Of a stretch of 64,000 bases of DNA, positions 50,151 through 62,738 are shown piece after piece. The first letter of the stretch is position 1, and every line of letters begins with the position of its first letter. Both the position numbers and the translations under genes were made by a program. Origin of the DNA: Octopus sinensis (taxonomy: Eukaryota); contig NC_042999.1 in the NCBI RefSeq assembly GCF_006345805.1, positions 49,724,001 through 49,788,000 of the forward strand, in the 5' to 3' direction. The notes beneath the pieces are model-generated. The model did no database searches and was not told where the DNA came from. It saw only the letters and a program-made list of their open reading frames with translations.

Positions 50151-51374
50151 GGAAATGGTTTGGGGTTTCACCACAAAAGCTTTTTGTTTTTGTTCTTTGT
50201 GTCGGGGAAGGGTCATTTTCGTTTTGTGCCTTATATTGTAACGCACTCACTAGTAAAATTTCCACTTATTTCTTATTTTTATTTTCCTAACGTAAAAGCA
50301 TCATCCGCTCGTGTCCGTTGCCAGCCTCGCCTGGCCCCCGTGCCGGTGGCACGTAAAGGCACCATCCGTTCGTGGCCGTTTGCCAGCTCCGTCTGGCACC
50401 TGTGTGGGTGGTACGTAAAAAGCACCCACTACACTCACGGAGTGGTTGGCGTTAGGAAGGGCATCCAGCCGTAGAAACACTGCCAGATCTGACTGGGCCT
50501 GAGGAAGCCTTCCGGCTTCACAGACCCCGGTTGAAACGTCCAACCCATGCTAGCATGGAGAACGGACGCTAAATGATGATGATGATGATGATGATATATG
50601 CGTGCGTGTGTTTGTGTGTCTGTGTTTGTCTCCCTAGCATTGCTTGACAACCGATGCTGGTGTGTTTATGTCCCCGTTACTTAGCGGTTCGGCAAAAGAG
50701 ACCAATAGAATGAGTACTGGGCTTACAAAAGAATAAGTCCCGAGGTCGAGTTGCTCGATTAAAGGCAGTGCTCCAGCATGGCCGCAGTCAAATGACTGAA
50801 AGAAGTAAAAGAGTAAAGAGTAAAGAGAAGTGTTTACACTGCAGGCTGTATCTCTCTAATGGAAAGAAAATCAATATGATCAGTTTCTAGTCTTCTTAGA
50901 TCTTTATCAGAGAAAGAACACCCCTCGTTTGTCCATAGAAATATTAGTAGCACACAGCTATTTATAGTGAATACAATCTAAAATTCAGCTAAACTGAAGC
51001 TAATACTGTGATTGATTTTTCAGAGTAAATTCATATCAATAGAGCTGGTAAGTTCAATAGATTTTGTAGAAACTGTAGACACAGAGAGTAGACACCAGTT
51101 AACCAAAACAGTGTAGATCTTAAATGCCTGGTTGCTGTAGTAAATGGATACGCCATACTTCAAGGAAAGGCTTAACTCTTTAGCATTTAGATTACTCTAT
51201 TAAATCTAATGCTTATTCATTCACATTTTTAAAATTAATCATGCATTGTCTCATAACGTCAATATTTCAATGATGTTTATTTTAAAAATAACAGTGCAGG
51301 ATAGGTGTGAGAGACCAGATCTGGCTGGTTTGAATGTAAATCAGATAGAATATTTGGGCTGGATATGACCAGTT

Positions 51375-51734
51375 TACTCTTTTTACTTGTTTCAGTCATT
51401 TGACTGTGGCCAAGCTGGAGCACCGCCTTTAGTCGAGCAAATCGACCCCAGGACTTATTCTTTGTAAGCCTAGTACTTATTCTATCAGTCACTTTTGCCA
51501 AACCGCTAAGATACGGGGATGTAAACACACCAACATCGGTTGTCAAGCGATGTTGGTGGTGGGGACAAACACAGACACACAAACACATACATACACACAT
51601 ATATATACCACATCCACTCACAAGGCTTTGGTTGGCCCAAGGCTATAGTAGAAGACACTTGCCCAAGGTGCCACACAGTGGGACTGAACCCGGAACCATG
51701 TGGTTGGTAAGCAAGCTACTTACCACACAGCCAC
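51375..51734 (-). mobile_element. SINE family B nested in a family 2 MITE
   Basis: MITE sequence stops at ggatatgaccagttta and resumes as aatgctaaaatgtta after the SINE. Confidence 0.75.
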
Positions 51735-51786
51735 GAATGCTAAAATGTTATAGCTAACTGGATGGGTAGGATAAAATAGTATTCAG

Positions 51787-52016
51787 GCGGCGACATGGCA
51801 GAATTGTTAGCACGCCGGGCGAAATGCGCATCCGTACTTCGTCTGCTGCTACATTCTGAGTTCAAATTCCGCCGAGGTCGACTTTGCCTTTCATCCTTTC
51901 GGGGTCGATTAAATAAGTACCAGGTATGCACTGGGGTCGATATAATCGACTTAATCCGTTTGTCTGTCATTGTTTGTCCTCTCTGTGTTAAGCCCCTTGT
52001 GGGTAGTAAAGAAATA
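51787..52016 (+). mobile_element. SINE family A with TSD agtattcag
   Basis: TSD at 51778-51786 and 52017-52025. Confidence 0.85.
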
Positions 52017-53419
52017 AGTATTCAGCACCTACCTTTTACAATCCATCTCAAGATATTCTTGAAAATGGAAATATATCATTATTCATTTACAGCAACAACT
52101 TTATGGTTCAATGAGCAGTACAGTACAGTATTCATTTAAGGATGACAAAGTTTAATAAAGATGCTCTTAAGATGTGTTCTTCTCTAAAGATTGGTTATTT
52201 GCAGCATTTTTCTGTCTGTTATCAGTAAGTCCACAGTTCTTTATCAACATATATCTATTCTTAGAAAGGATGCCGATGAGCTAGATTCCCACTCTTTTGT
52301 TTGCAGAAAGGTCAAATTCACCTTAGTGGTTCTATATATTATTAGCAATGTCTGGTTTTCTAGATTTACTCGTGTTTTCAGTTATGTTGTTTTAGGAAAA
52401 TATAGCTTTTTATGCTCATACGATTCTGTTTCTTTCTCCCTGTCCTCTGTTACTGACTTTTCTCAAAACTATGTTTCTTTTTAATTCTATTTTTATACAA
52501 GTATTAGCACTTTTGCATTATTTATTAAGACAGATTATCAGGCCAAATCTTATAAATATTGAGGTTACTTCCTGAAATTTAAAGCCGAGAACAGCTATTA
52601 CATTGCTTCCTTTTCTCACTGCGATGATATGATTACATTTTCTTTGGTTCCAGGAAATTTTGATATTGATTGGCATTAAAGAGTTACTGCTGCCACCACC
52701 CCACAAAATACATTAGATGTTATTAAATTACATTTTTCTAGCTAGGTTTTAATTTTAATCTTTTTTTTTTTAAATTCATATAACAAATGATTTAGGAATT
52801 TTTTAAATCAAACGCATTGCCACTTTATCAATACAAAGAAAAGTGATTTAGAACAAGCCACCGAGGCAGCCTCTATATGGCTGCTCAGTCTGCTAGAAAT
52901 AGCACTCAATTTCCCTCAAATAACACACTATCATCTTAATCCAATGAGTCCTACCTTTCTTTATGTAACCTGAAGTACTATATGTCTGGGAACATAAAGA
53001 CAGTATGGGCATGGTAGGAATGTTTCTGATATGAGATTTGCTGAACTGGTGCTGATGTGGAGCTCAAGCATCCAGTAAAATGCAGTGCAGTATTTATTCT
53101 GGTACCGTGTGTTCTGTGTTCAAATCTTGCCATGGCTTATTTGCACAACAGACTTAATCCATCACCCACATGAGTGGTGCAGCTAGAGTGCCCCTCAAAG
53201 TAGTTCTTGGGTATGCCTCTCAACCACCCATCCACCTGCGCCAGAGTATAAACTTATACAGGCTTGTACAGCAGACCCAAAAGTGACACCCTTATAAAAG
53301 CATCACCAAGTGTGGACTTCTCCCTCACTCTATCACCTCAGCAATTCTGCAGGCCCAATTTAACATCTGTACAGCATTTTGGGTATCGTTAGTTGAGGCT
53401 GCTCTATTGGAAGCGTTAA

Positions 53420-53636
53420 CTCTTTAGCATTCAGATTATTTGATTAAATGTAATGCTTATGTATTCATATTGTTTTGAATTAATGATGCATTATCTTGTA
53501 GCTTTGAGATTTCATTGATGTGACTATTTTTTGAATGACATGGTAGGGTAGGCATGAGATACCAGATTTGGTCAGTCTGAACATAAAACAGATATGATAT
53601 TTTGGGCCTGATATGGCCAGTTTAAATGCAAAAGGA
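53420..53636 (+). mobile_element. piggyBac-like MITE, family 2
   Basis: TTAA on both sides, 217 bp, similar to 27936-28154. Confidence 0.7.
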
Positions 53637-53699
53637 TTAAGGCCAGGTCTCCTGTTTGAGGATATCACCTCTCCCCCACCAACACCACCACTATTAGTA

Positions 53700-54090
53700 T
53701 TACTCTTTACTATTTCTCTCTACTCTTTTACTTGTTTCAGTCATGTAATTGCGGCCATGCTGGAGCACCGCCTTTAGTTGAGAAAATCGACCCCAGGACT
53801 TATTCTTTGTAAGCCTAGTACTTTTCTATCAGTGTCTTTTGCTGATCCGCTAAGTTATGGGGACGTAAACACACCAGCCTCAGTTGTCAAGCGATGTTGG
53901 GGGTGAAAAACATAGACACACACATACATATATATATATACGTAATTACAACGGGCTTCTTTCAGTTTCTGTCTACCAAATCCACTCACAAGGCTTTGGT
54001 CAGCCTGAGGCTATAGTAGAAGATACTTGCCGAAGGTGCCACACAGTGGGACTGAACCTGGAACCATGTGGTTTGTAAGCAAGCTACGCC
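53700..54090 (-). mobile_element. SINE family B copy
   Basis: Reverse complement of the consensus. Confidence 0.8.
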
Positions 54091-54998
54091 TATATTGGTG
54101 GCTTTGTAAAGACTCATTAATACTAGCTCTCTTTTGAATAACATTATGAACAAAGTAAACAAGTAATATAAAATGACAAGCCACCCACTATCACCTAAAG
54201 CACTTTTGAATAAATGAAAAAATAATATTTCACTATCACTTTGATTAATACTAGTTTTATTTTAGCTTTAATTACATCATTGCTTTTAATATCAACCTAC
54301 TTTCATGAGCTAATGAAGAAGTCTCTACTTCCATGAACTATTGAAGAAATCTCAATACTGTCAGTCATACTGCTATAAATAGTAGCTAAATCTCTTTCAA
54401 ATCACAGCTAACCATCTTATAGAAAATAAAGAGAGAGAGTGAGAGAGAAAAATATGCATTCAATAAATAACATTGTCTGAAATAGCTCTTCAGACATGAT
54501 GGTCACATTTGGAAGTTAGTCTTTGTTTGCATGTCTGCTCAGTCAAGATTTACCTGGGTGTAAACAGCACCAAAAAATGTAATTCTTGAGGGCCCCATCT
54601 AGGATTGTTTTTGATTGTAATTCTACTTAAGAAGCACTAACCTAGAATTTAACAGCACCAATACCAAAATCAACAAAAGCTGCAATAGCAATAACAACAG
54701 TTACAGCAGCAGTCTACTTTCACATAAAATATAATCAACTTGGAGACTACAAAATTTAATTTTGCTAGGGTGTTGTTGCTGTTTAGTCCTAGATTAGTCT
54801 TATCAAGCAGACCTATGAATCAAAGGCATTCCAGGTCATCTAGTTATTTTGTTTATCAGGGATTATACTGCTCAGTCTGTCTTTCTTTATTTTAGACCAC
54901 AGAAACTGATTTAAAGGAAAATTAACTGGGGTTAGGGGAAAGAAAAAAAATGCTTAGAGCAGCACCTGGAAGGAAACACAATATATACTGGGTTGTCC

Positions 54999-55233
54999 AA
55001 TAGGCGCCGAGCTGGCAGAAACGTTAGCGCACCAGGCGAAATGCGTAGCCGTATTTCATCTGTCATTACGTTCCGAGTTCAAATTCCGCCGAGGTCGACT
55101 TTGCCTTTCATCCTTTCGGGGTCGATAAATTAAGTACCAGTTATGCACTGGGGTCGATGTAATCGACTTAATCCGTTTGTCTGTCCTTGTTTGTCCCCTC
55201 TGTGTTTAGCCCCTTGTGAGTAGTAAAGAAATA
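54999..55233 (+). mobile_element. SINE family A inserted at a mariner TIR
   Basis: 18-bp TSD atatata(c/t)tgggttgtcc at 54981-54998 and 55231-55248. Confidence 0.85.
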
Positions 55234-55237
55234 TATA

Positions 55238-55794
55238 TTGGGTTGTCCTGAAAGTTTGTGCCGATTTTTAAAGGAAAGAAAAAGGTCAATGAATATTTGT
55301 CATTATATTTTTAATCAACCAAATATGAACCATTTTGTTGCACAATGCGTCTACATCTTTCCTTTAACTTGAAAATACCCTCTTCCAAGAGTTGAGGTGG
55401 TTTCATGGCAAAGAATTCATCAAGGTATCTTTTTACATGTCATCCAAGGAATTGAAACTTTTACCATTAAGACTGTTCTGCAGAGACCTGAATAAGTGGA
55501 AATCTGAAGGAGCAATATCTGGTAAATATGGAGAGTGGGGTAACACATCCTAGCCGAGCTGCAGCAATTTTTGTCTGGTTCCCAAAGCATCAAGTGCCAA
55601 AAATGAACTTTCTTATTTTCCATTTTAAAGGGTTACAGAATTAACACAGGCTATAAGAACATAAACCTTCTTCCATGAAAAGATAGCTTAAACTGTGCTC
55701 TAAATGGAGGTGTAGTCAAGTCCTATTTTATGGACTCAACCATGATTGAAACGTAAACTACTATAAATCGGCACAAACTTTCTGGACAACCCAA
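55238..55794 (-). mobile_element. Internally deleted mariner (557 bp) with both TIRs and TA TSD
   Basis: TIRs ttgggttgtcc(t/a)gaaagtttgtgccgattt at both ends. ORF start MENKKVHFWHLML joins directly to 3' transposase sequence. Same family as 7301-8036. Confidence 0.9.
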
Positions 55795-58709
55795 TATATT
55801 GACAGGTAGTGGTGATAGTACCAAATAGCATCAAGGAAAGGAAAAAAATGCTTTATTTTTAATTGCATATTGCAAGATGATATGTGATGTTGTTGACCTT
55901 TTCAGGTCTTCCATTATCATTGGGGGACAATATATAATGAAGTTATCATGAGGTTGAGGATCTGTTACAAATGCTTATGAGAGAGTAGTCTCAGGTAAAG
56001 ACACACACGGCTTATGTAACAACATTAGGCTACAAAATGAATTAAACCTCTTACCACCTCTTACCAAATGAATTAAACCTCTTAGCCACTGTCATTCATC
56101 AGACAAGCTTCCACAGTTTCTGTCTACCAAAAATATTACATGCAAGGCTTAACATGGAATTGTAATGAAACTGAAAGCAGAACCAAATTGCTGCAAAGAA
56201 AACATTTTTGGGTGTTAATCTGGTTCTAACAGTGACATTTGTGGGTCTCACAGATCTGGAGGCCAAGCCCCCAGATAAACACCGATGTGCAGGCTGTTGT
56301 TATCAATCTGAGCATGAGTCGCAGGTGAACACATGACGGAATAGCAATTATTTCATCTTAGCTTTCACTGCTTTTACTAAACACAAGACATTTTTGTCTT
56401 ACAATATGGAACATTTCCTTTTCTTTCACTTAAAAATGACACTCTGTCGGTTACAACAACGACGCTCCTGTTTATCTGATCAAGAAACAGTCTGTTCATA
56501 AAATTAACATGCAAGTGGCTGAGTATTCCACAGGCAGTTCTCAGGGAGATTCAGCTTCACACAGAATGTGACAAGGCTGACCCCTTTCAATTACAGCTAC
56601 AACTCATTTTTGCCAGCTGAGTGGACTGCAGCAAGGTGAAGTAGAGCACCTTGCTCAAGAACACAGCGTGCTGTGGGGAATCATGCTCGGGATTTTATTA
56701 TCATGGGCCAAATACCCCAAACCACTGAGCCACGCACCTTCACTCTCTTAACCATAGAGAAAAGGAGTGAAGTGATAGAGACAGAGAAAGGAAAGCCTCA
56801 GTCATTTGCAATGACAATTAGACTGAAATACGATTGATCTTTTCCAGTTTCTTTATTTTTAACAATGAAGAGGGGAAAGACATTTAGTAATGAATAGAGG
56901 GAAAGTCTTTCAGGTGTTTACATTTTTATTCTGGGAGTTCTAGAATGATCGACTGTTAGTTCTCTCTTCTTTACCCCACCCTAGTACTTATTCACCTTCT
57001 TTCATAGTTTTTCATGTCTTTTAGTTGGTGTGGAAAGAATTTATTCGTTTTTTTTTTTAGGCATGTTTAACATTTTCTCTACAAACTACAAACAAGTCCC
57101 CATTCCCTTCCGTTCTTGTTTTTTCATACAAAAATTCTAATGCAAATTTTGCATGGGGTATAGCTGTGAAAAGAGCCAAGAAAAATGGGTAATACCCACT
57201 ACAAAATGGGTGGGGGAGAAAAGTTTCCAACAGGTGGCTACTCTGTACTTTAAAGAGTGCTTTCTTCTATAGCCTCGGACTGACCAAAGCCTTGTGAGTG
57301 AATTTGGTAGACAGAAACTGAAAGAAGCCTGTCATTTATATATATAATATTTTTATGTGTGTGTGTTTGTGCCTGTGTCCCACCACCACCACCACCACCT
57401 TTGTTTGAAAACCGATGTTGGTGTGTTTGCATCCCCATAACTTAGCTGTTTGGCAGAAGAGACTGATAGAATAAGCATCAGGCTTACAGGGAATACGCCC
57501 AAGGGTCAATTTCTATGACTAAAGGGTGGTGCTCTAGTATGGACACAGTCAAATGACTGGAACAAGTAAAAGAATAGAAGAACATTCGATACCACTAAAC
57601 CAAGGGCATGCTCTGAATATGTATGATGTATTTTAAGGCTAAATAGTAATTCTGTTTACATTTGTGTAACTGATATATTTTGGTTGGATTATATAGTTAT
57701 CGGTTTTACACTTATTTCTATTTTCTGCAATTGTCACAATATAGAAACATTTCTCATGGTACTAGCATACAATATACAGATGTTTATATTTTTTATTCTG
57801 TTGTGTCTGGGGAGAGTCATTTTCTTTTTATGCCAAGACTATTGAAAAGGTTGCAAGACACAACGAAAATTTTAGGAAAACTAAAATAAGAAATAAGTGG
57901 AAATTTTACCAGTGAGTGTGTTATATTATAAGGCACAAAAAGAAAATGACTCTCCCCAGACACAACAGAATATGCTTCAACACACGAACTCATATAAAGA
58001 ATCTTGCAAACCAAATCCAAAAACGAAATATATTTTTTATAGTTTCCATGAATTTTTCACGGGTCCAGTTAGTTATTATTACTATTACACTTGGAAAAGT
58101 GTTGAGTCATTGACTTCAAGTTTTCAATGGGCTAATCAAAGGTTTGCTGTATTTCTGATGGCCAGCTAAAGTAACAAGGGAGTATCTGTAACTTGGCATA
58201 GAATAAATACTTCAAAAGACTTTGCTGGAAGAGCACTAATTTAAAAAATTTTTCTTACTGATGTTTAAATCTTTTGCTGATATACATCAGCAGGAAAACA
58301 AATATAAGTACATACACACATATATATGATGGATCTCCCATCAAAGACGATGTATAAGTGTTCAGCTTCGGCTGAATCACCTACACGAAGGATTTGTTTA
58401 TAGAGATCAAATGTATGTGTCACACATTAACCCATTCCTTCCATCAAATCGACGCTGTATGAACAGGTGCACAGTGTACCAGAGCAATGTGATATTTTGC
58501 TCAAGATCACAGTACAACACTCAGTCTAAGAATTGAAATCATGATCACTAAATCATGAGTGTAACACTTTAACCACTGAGCCATGTACCCTCACTGTATG
58601 TATATATATATATATATAGGGAAAAATTCACGAAAAAAACAAAAGACGAAGACAGGTAGTGTAGAAAACAAACAGATGTATTAGTATAATGCTTGGGAAT
58701 TGAAAAAGT

Positions 58710-58745
58710 CTTTTACGTTTCGAGCCTATGCTCTTCCACAGAAAG
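58710..58745 (-). ncRNA. Variant minimal hammerhead-like motif in a Penelope-type terminal repeat
   Basis: Minus strand: cttt CTGTGGAA gagc-atag-gctc GAAA cg TA aaag. Stems I and II and palindromic ACGT are intact, but the core deviates from CUGANGA. Confidence 0.45.
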
Positions 58746-59039
58746 GAACACATATAAATTACATGAAAAAATGCGAGCAAGATTCTTAGATTATATTCTT
58801 AATATTATAAACCTGGAAAAGTACAGGACAAGTTATTACATCTGGTAAAGTACAGAACAAGAAAATTTTTATCAGCATCACTGAGGTAAGGAAAAAAATT
58901 ATCTATGACACCACTAATTTGCAATTAGTTTAATTACGTCATCTGTATTAATTAATGCAATTATCTCATGTAAACACAGTTCCGTAATATCTGAGATGAG
59001 AAAGAAATTTTAAAAGAAATAGTTATGAATGTTTGCTTC

Positions 59040-59580
59040 TCAAATCTGAGGGTGATAACATGACCATACCAACACAGTCATCTCTCTTGCACACCACATC
59101 TGGTGCCTCTTATGTCTAACTTTTCTCTCAAGATGCTCACACACTGTTTTACATGCACACTGACATTGCACATCCAGCAGAGCATACTGGATTCATTTCT
59201 TTCAAGCTTATGCATGTCCTCACCTGTCACAGACCATGCTGTGTAGTGTAGCTGTTTGTGCACAGGCATCAAACAATCTGCCTTTCCCTCTCAGGGTGAG
59301 ACCCTTTGTCACCAGCAGAGGTAGAAACTCTCTGAACGTAGCCCAGCCTATTCTTTTTCTCATGGCTGTGCTCTTGGAAAATCCACTTCTGCTACTAACT
59401 TGGTCACCTAGACAATGAAAGCTATCCACTACCTCTAGCTTACCTCCCTGGCAGTTGATGGAGTCTATTTTCAGTACATTTTCATTGTTTATTGTACCTG
59501 TGCATCTTCCACACACAAAAGCTATTTTCCCAATTAACATTAATTTGATATTGCAGCATCCCTTATGTGTTCAATTAAGT
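59040..59580 (-). mobile_element. RTE-clade LINE fragment (C-terminal ORF2)
   Basis: ORFs 59220..59540 (LEVVDSFHCLGD...IGWATFREFLPLL...KGRLFDAC) and 59078..59272 (LERNESSMLCWMC). Confidence 0.8.
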
Positions 59581-59809
59581 TAGAATGGAAATGTCAAGAC
59601 AAAAGAAAAACATGATACACACGTCCACACACACACACACTCTCTTACACACACGTTGGGCATCCAACAGTTTCCATCAACCAATTCATTCACAAGGCAT
59701 CGATCAGCTTGTAGCCATGGTAGAAAAGAGTTGCAAAAAGTGCCATAAAGTAAGAATGAAACTTAAACCTTTAGAATTCAGATTACTCTGTCAAATGTTC
59801 TGATGATTT

Positions 59810-60180
59810 ACTCTTTTACTTGTTTGTCATTTGACTGTGGCCATGCTGGAGCACCACCTTTAGTCGAGCAAATCAACCCCAGGACTTATTCTTTGTAAGC
59901 CTAGTATTTATTCTATCAGTCTCTTTTGCTGAACCGCTAAGTTACGGGGACATAACACACCAGCATCAATTGTCAAGCGATGTTGGGGGGGGGGACAAAC
60001 ATACACACACACATACATATATACGACAGGCTTCTTTCAGTTTCCATCTATCAAATCCACTCACAAGGCTTTGGTCGGCCCAAGGCTATAGTAGAAGACA
60101 CTTGCCCAAAGTGCCACACAGTGGGACTGAACCCGGAACCATGTGGTTGGTAAACAACCTACTTACCACACAGCCACTCC
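59810..60180 (-). mobile_element. SINE family B copy
   Basis: Reverse complement of the consensus. Confidence 0.8.
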
Positions 60181-60254
60181 TATGCCTTATGTTGATTTAT
60201 TCATGTTGTTTTGAATTAATCATGCTTTAAGAAGAAAACTGCACAAGAGGCACC

Positions 60255-60825
60255 AAATGTGTACAAGAGAGAAGACTATGCTGGTTTAGTCATGGGATGC
60301 ATATGGATGAAAACAGCTGTGTAAAGAAGTGCTGAGCTCTAATTGTAGAAGTACTTGTGAAAGGGGTTTACCCAGGAAGACGTGGAACAAAGTGGTGAGA
60401 AAGGATCTTCTGATGCTGGGCCTCACTGAAGAAATGACAAGGAAGTGTGAGATGTGGTGATTTGTTGTACTTGATAAGATAGATCAAGCGAAGTAAAATC
60501 ACTGTCTTCCACATATACAGGATTGTTCTCTCTGGTGCCACTTAAAAGCACTCATGCCAGTGCTGTACAAATGGTCCTTTGCTGGTGCCACTTAAAAAGT
60601 AGCAGTGCTGGAGTGGCATTAAACACCTGTATCAGTGCTGCATAAATGCACCCATGCCAGTGGCACGTAAAAGCACCCCAGCACATAGCTAAGTCATTGG
60701 CATTAGGAAGGGCATCCAGCCATAGAAACCACCACTACCCCTGGCTAGCCAGCTTCATGTCAAACCGTCCAAGCTATGCCAGCATGGACAGAAGGTGTTA
60801 AACAATTATGATGATGATGATGCTT
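60255..60825 (+). mobile_element. RTE LINE 3' end with sub-repeated UTR and (GAT)n tail
   Basis: Decayed RRLCWFSH...PRKTWNKVVRKDL reading followed by the family D tail sequence. Confidence 0.65.
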
Positions 60826-61041
60826 TAGCTTGTAGCTTCAAGATTTTGATAATGTGGTTGTTCAATTTTAAAATGGCATTGTATGATAGGTATGGGAAGC
60901 TGGATTTGGCCAGTTTGAACATAAAACAGGAAGAATATATAGGCCGGATATGGCCTGTTTAAATGTTAAACAGCTAAACTACATGGCTGTGAAGAAAATG
61001 TGAAATTCACATGGCTATGGCAATATAAATACATCTAAGAC

Positions 61042-61440
61042 GGTGAGCTGGCAGAAACGTTAGCATGATGGGCGAAATGCTTAGCGGTATTTCATCTGCC
61101 GCTACGTTCAGAGTTCAAATTCCGCCGAGGTCGACTTTGGCTTTCATCCTTTCGGGGTCGATAAATTAAGTACCAGTTACGCACTGGGGTCGATGTAATC
61201 GACTTAATCTGTTTGTCTGTCCTTGTTTGTCCTCTCTGTGTTTATCCCCTTGTGGGTAGTAAAGAAATAGGTATTTCATCTGTCTTTATGTTCTGAGTTC
61301 AAATTTCGCCAAGGTCGACTTTGCCTTTTATCCTTTTGGGATTGATAAGTTAAGTACCAGTTGCATACTGAGGTCGATTTGATTGACTGCTCCCGCTCCC
61401 CTAAAATTTCAGGCCTTGTGCCTTGAGTAGAAAAGAATAT
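61042..61440 (+). mobile_element. Family A SINE joined to a headless related SINE with a different 3' tail
   Basis: Junction aaagaaata|ggtatttcatctg at 61269/61270. Confidence 0.8.
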
Positions 61441-62344
61441 AAATCCATCTGTCAGATTCCTACAAAGAAAATATAATCTCCCTTTAGCTCTCAATTTCTT
61501 CTCTATCATTTCTGAGAGTTAATTAACTGTTATAAATTATTTGCCATGGAAACATACCAGCATATTATGAATATTGTGGCTATTTCAAGATGCATGAAAT
61601 AAAACAAAGATCAAATATACCGTTTGATATCATTTTCTCACATCTTATTACTACTTTATTAACTATAATTTTAATTCTTGCCAACCATATACAAAGGCAA
61701 TCATTTCTCACAATGATTTAAGATGAAGATTAGTTCAGTATGCAACAAATCTTAGATTTGGTAATGACTTCTTAATATCTGCAAGGATCATGTGACACTG
61801 AATTGATTTCATATGAATGGCATATTTTTATAACAGATTTTATAATCAGAATAGAGGTATTTCATTTCATTTCATTTGATTCTATTCTCTGAAATATTTA
61901 TATTAGATGCACAGTGGTTATAAAATTTATGAAACTCTGTTCTGTCAAGCCAGCATCAATTAATGGTGTAATAATTTACAAAGCTAAACCCTGAAATGCT
62001 TTATGACAAACTGCTTTGCTATGATTTCAAAGAAGATTTATTATCAACAGAAATAAATTAGAAAATTAAATTAAAATAGAGGCAGCAAGAGCAGGCGTGG
62101 ATGCGTGGTTTAAGTTCACCTTACAAACATGTAGTTTCAGGTTCAAACTCACTACATAGTAGTTTGGGTAAGTCGCTTCCACTACAGGCCCAGGCCAAAT
62201 AATGAAACCTGAATAAATTTGATAGCTGGAAATTGTAGGAAACTCATCATATATCATCATCATCATCATCATTAATGTTCACTTTTTCATTCTTACATGG
62301 GTCAGAGGATACTTGTTGGGGCTAATTTTTTAATGTTTTTATAG

Positions 62345-62738
62345 GCGTAGGAGTGGATGTGTGGTAAGTAGCTTGCTTACAAACCACATGGTTCCAAGTT
62401 CAGTCCCATTGCATGGCACCTTGGGCAAGTGTCTTCTACTATAGCCTTGAGCCAACCAAAGCCTTGTGAATGGATTTGGTGGATGGAAACTGAAAGAAGC
62501 CCATCGTATATATGTGTATGTATGTGTTTGTGTGTCTGTGTTTGTCCCCCTAACATTGCTTAAAAACTGATGCTGGTGTGTTTATGTCCCTGTAACTTAG
62601 TGGTCTGGCAAAGAGACCGATAGAATAAGTACTAGGCTTACAAAGAATAAGTCCTGGGATTGATTTGCTCGACTAAAGGCAGTGCTCCAGCATGGCCGCA
62701 GTCAAATGACTGAAACAAGTAAAAAGAATAAAAAAGAG
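62345..62738 (+). mobile_element. SINE family B, full length
   Basis: Full match to the consensus. Confidence 0.85.

Noticed and set aside
55890-56000. Plus-strand AG...GT exon-like segment
   Set aside because: Stops in all three frames.
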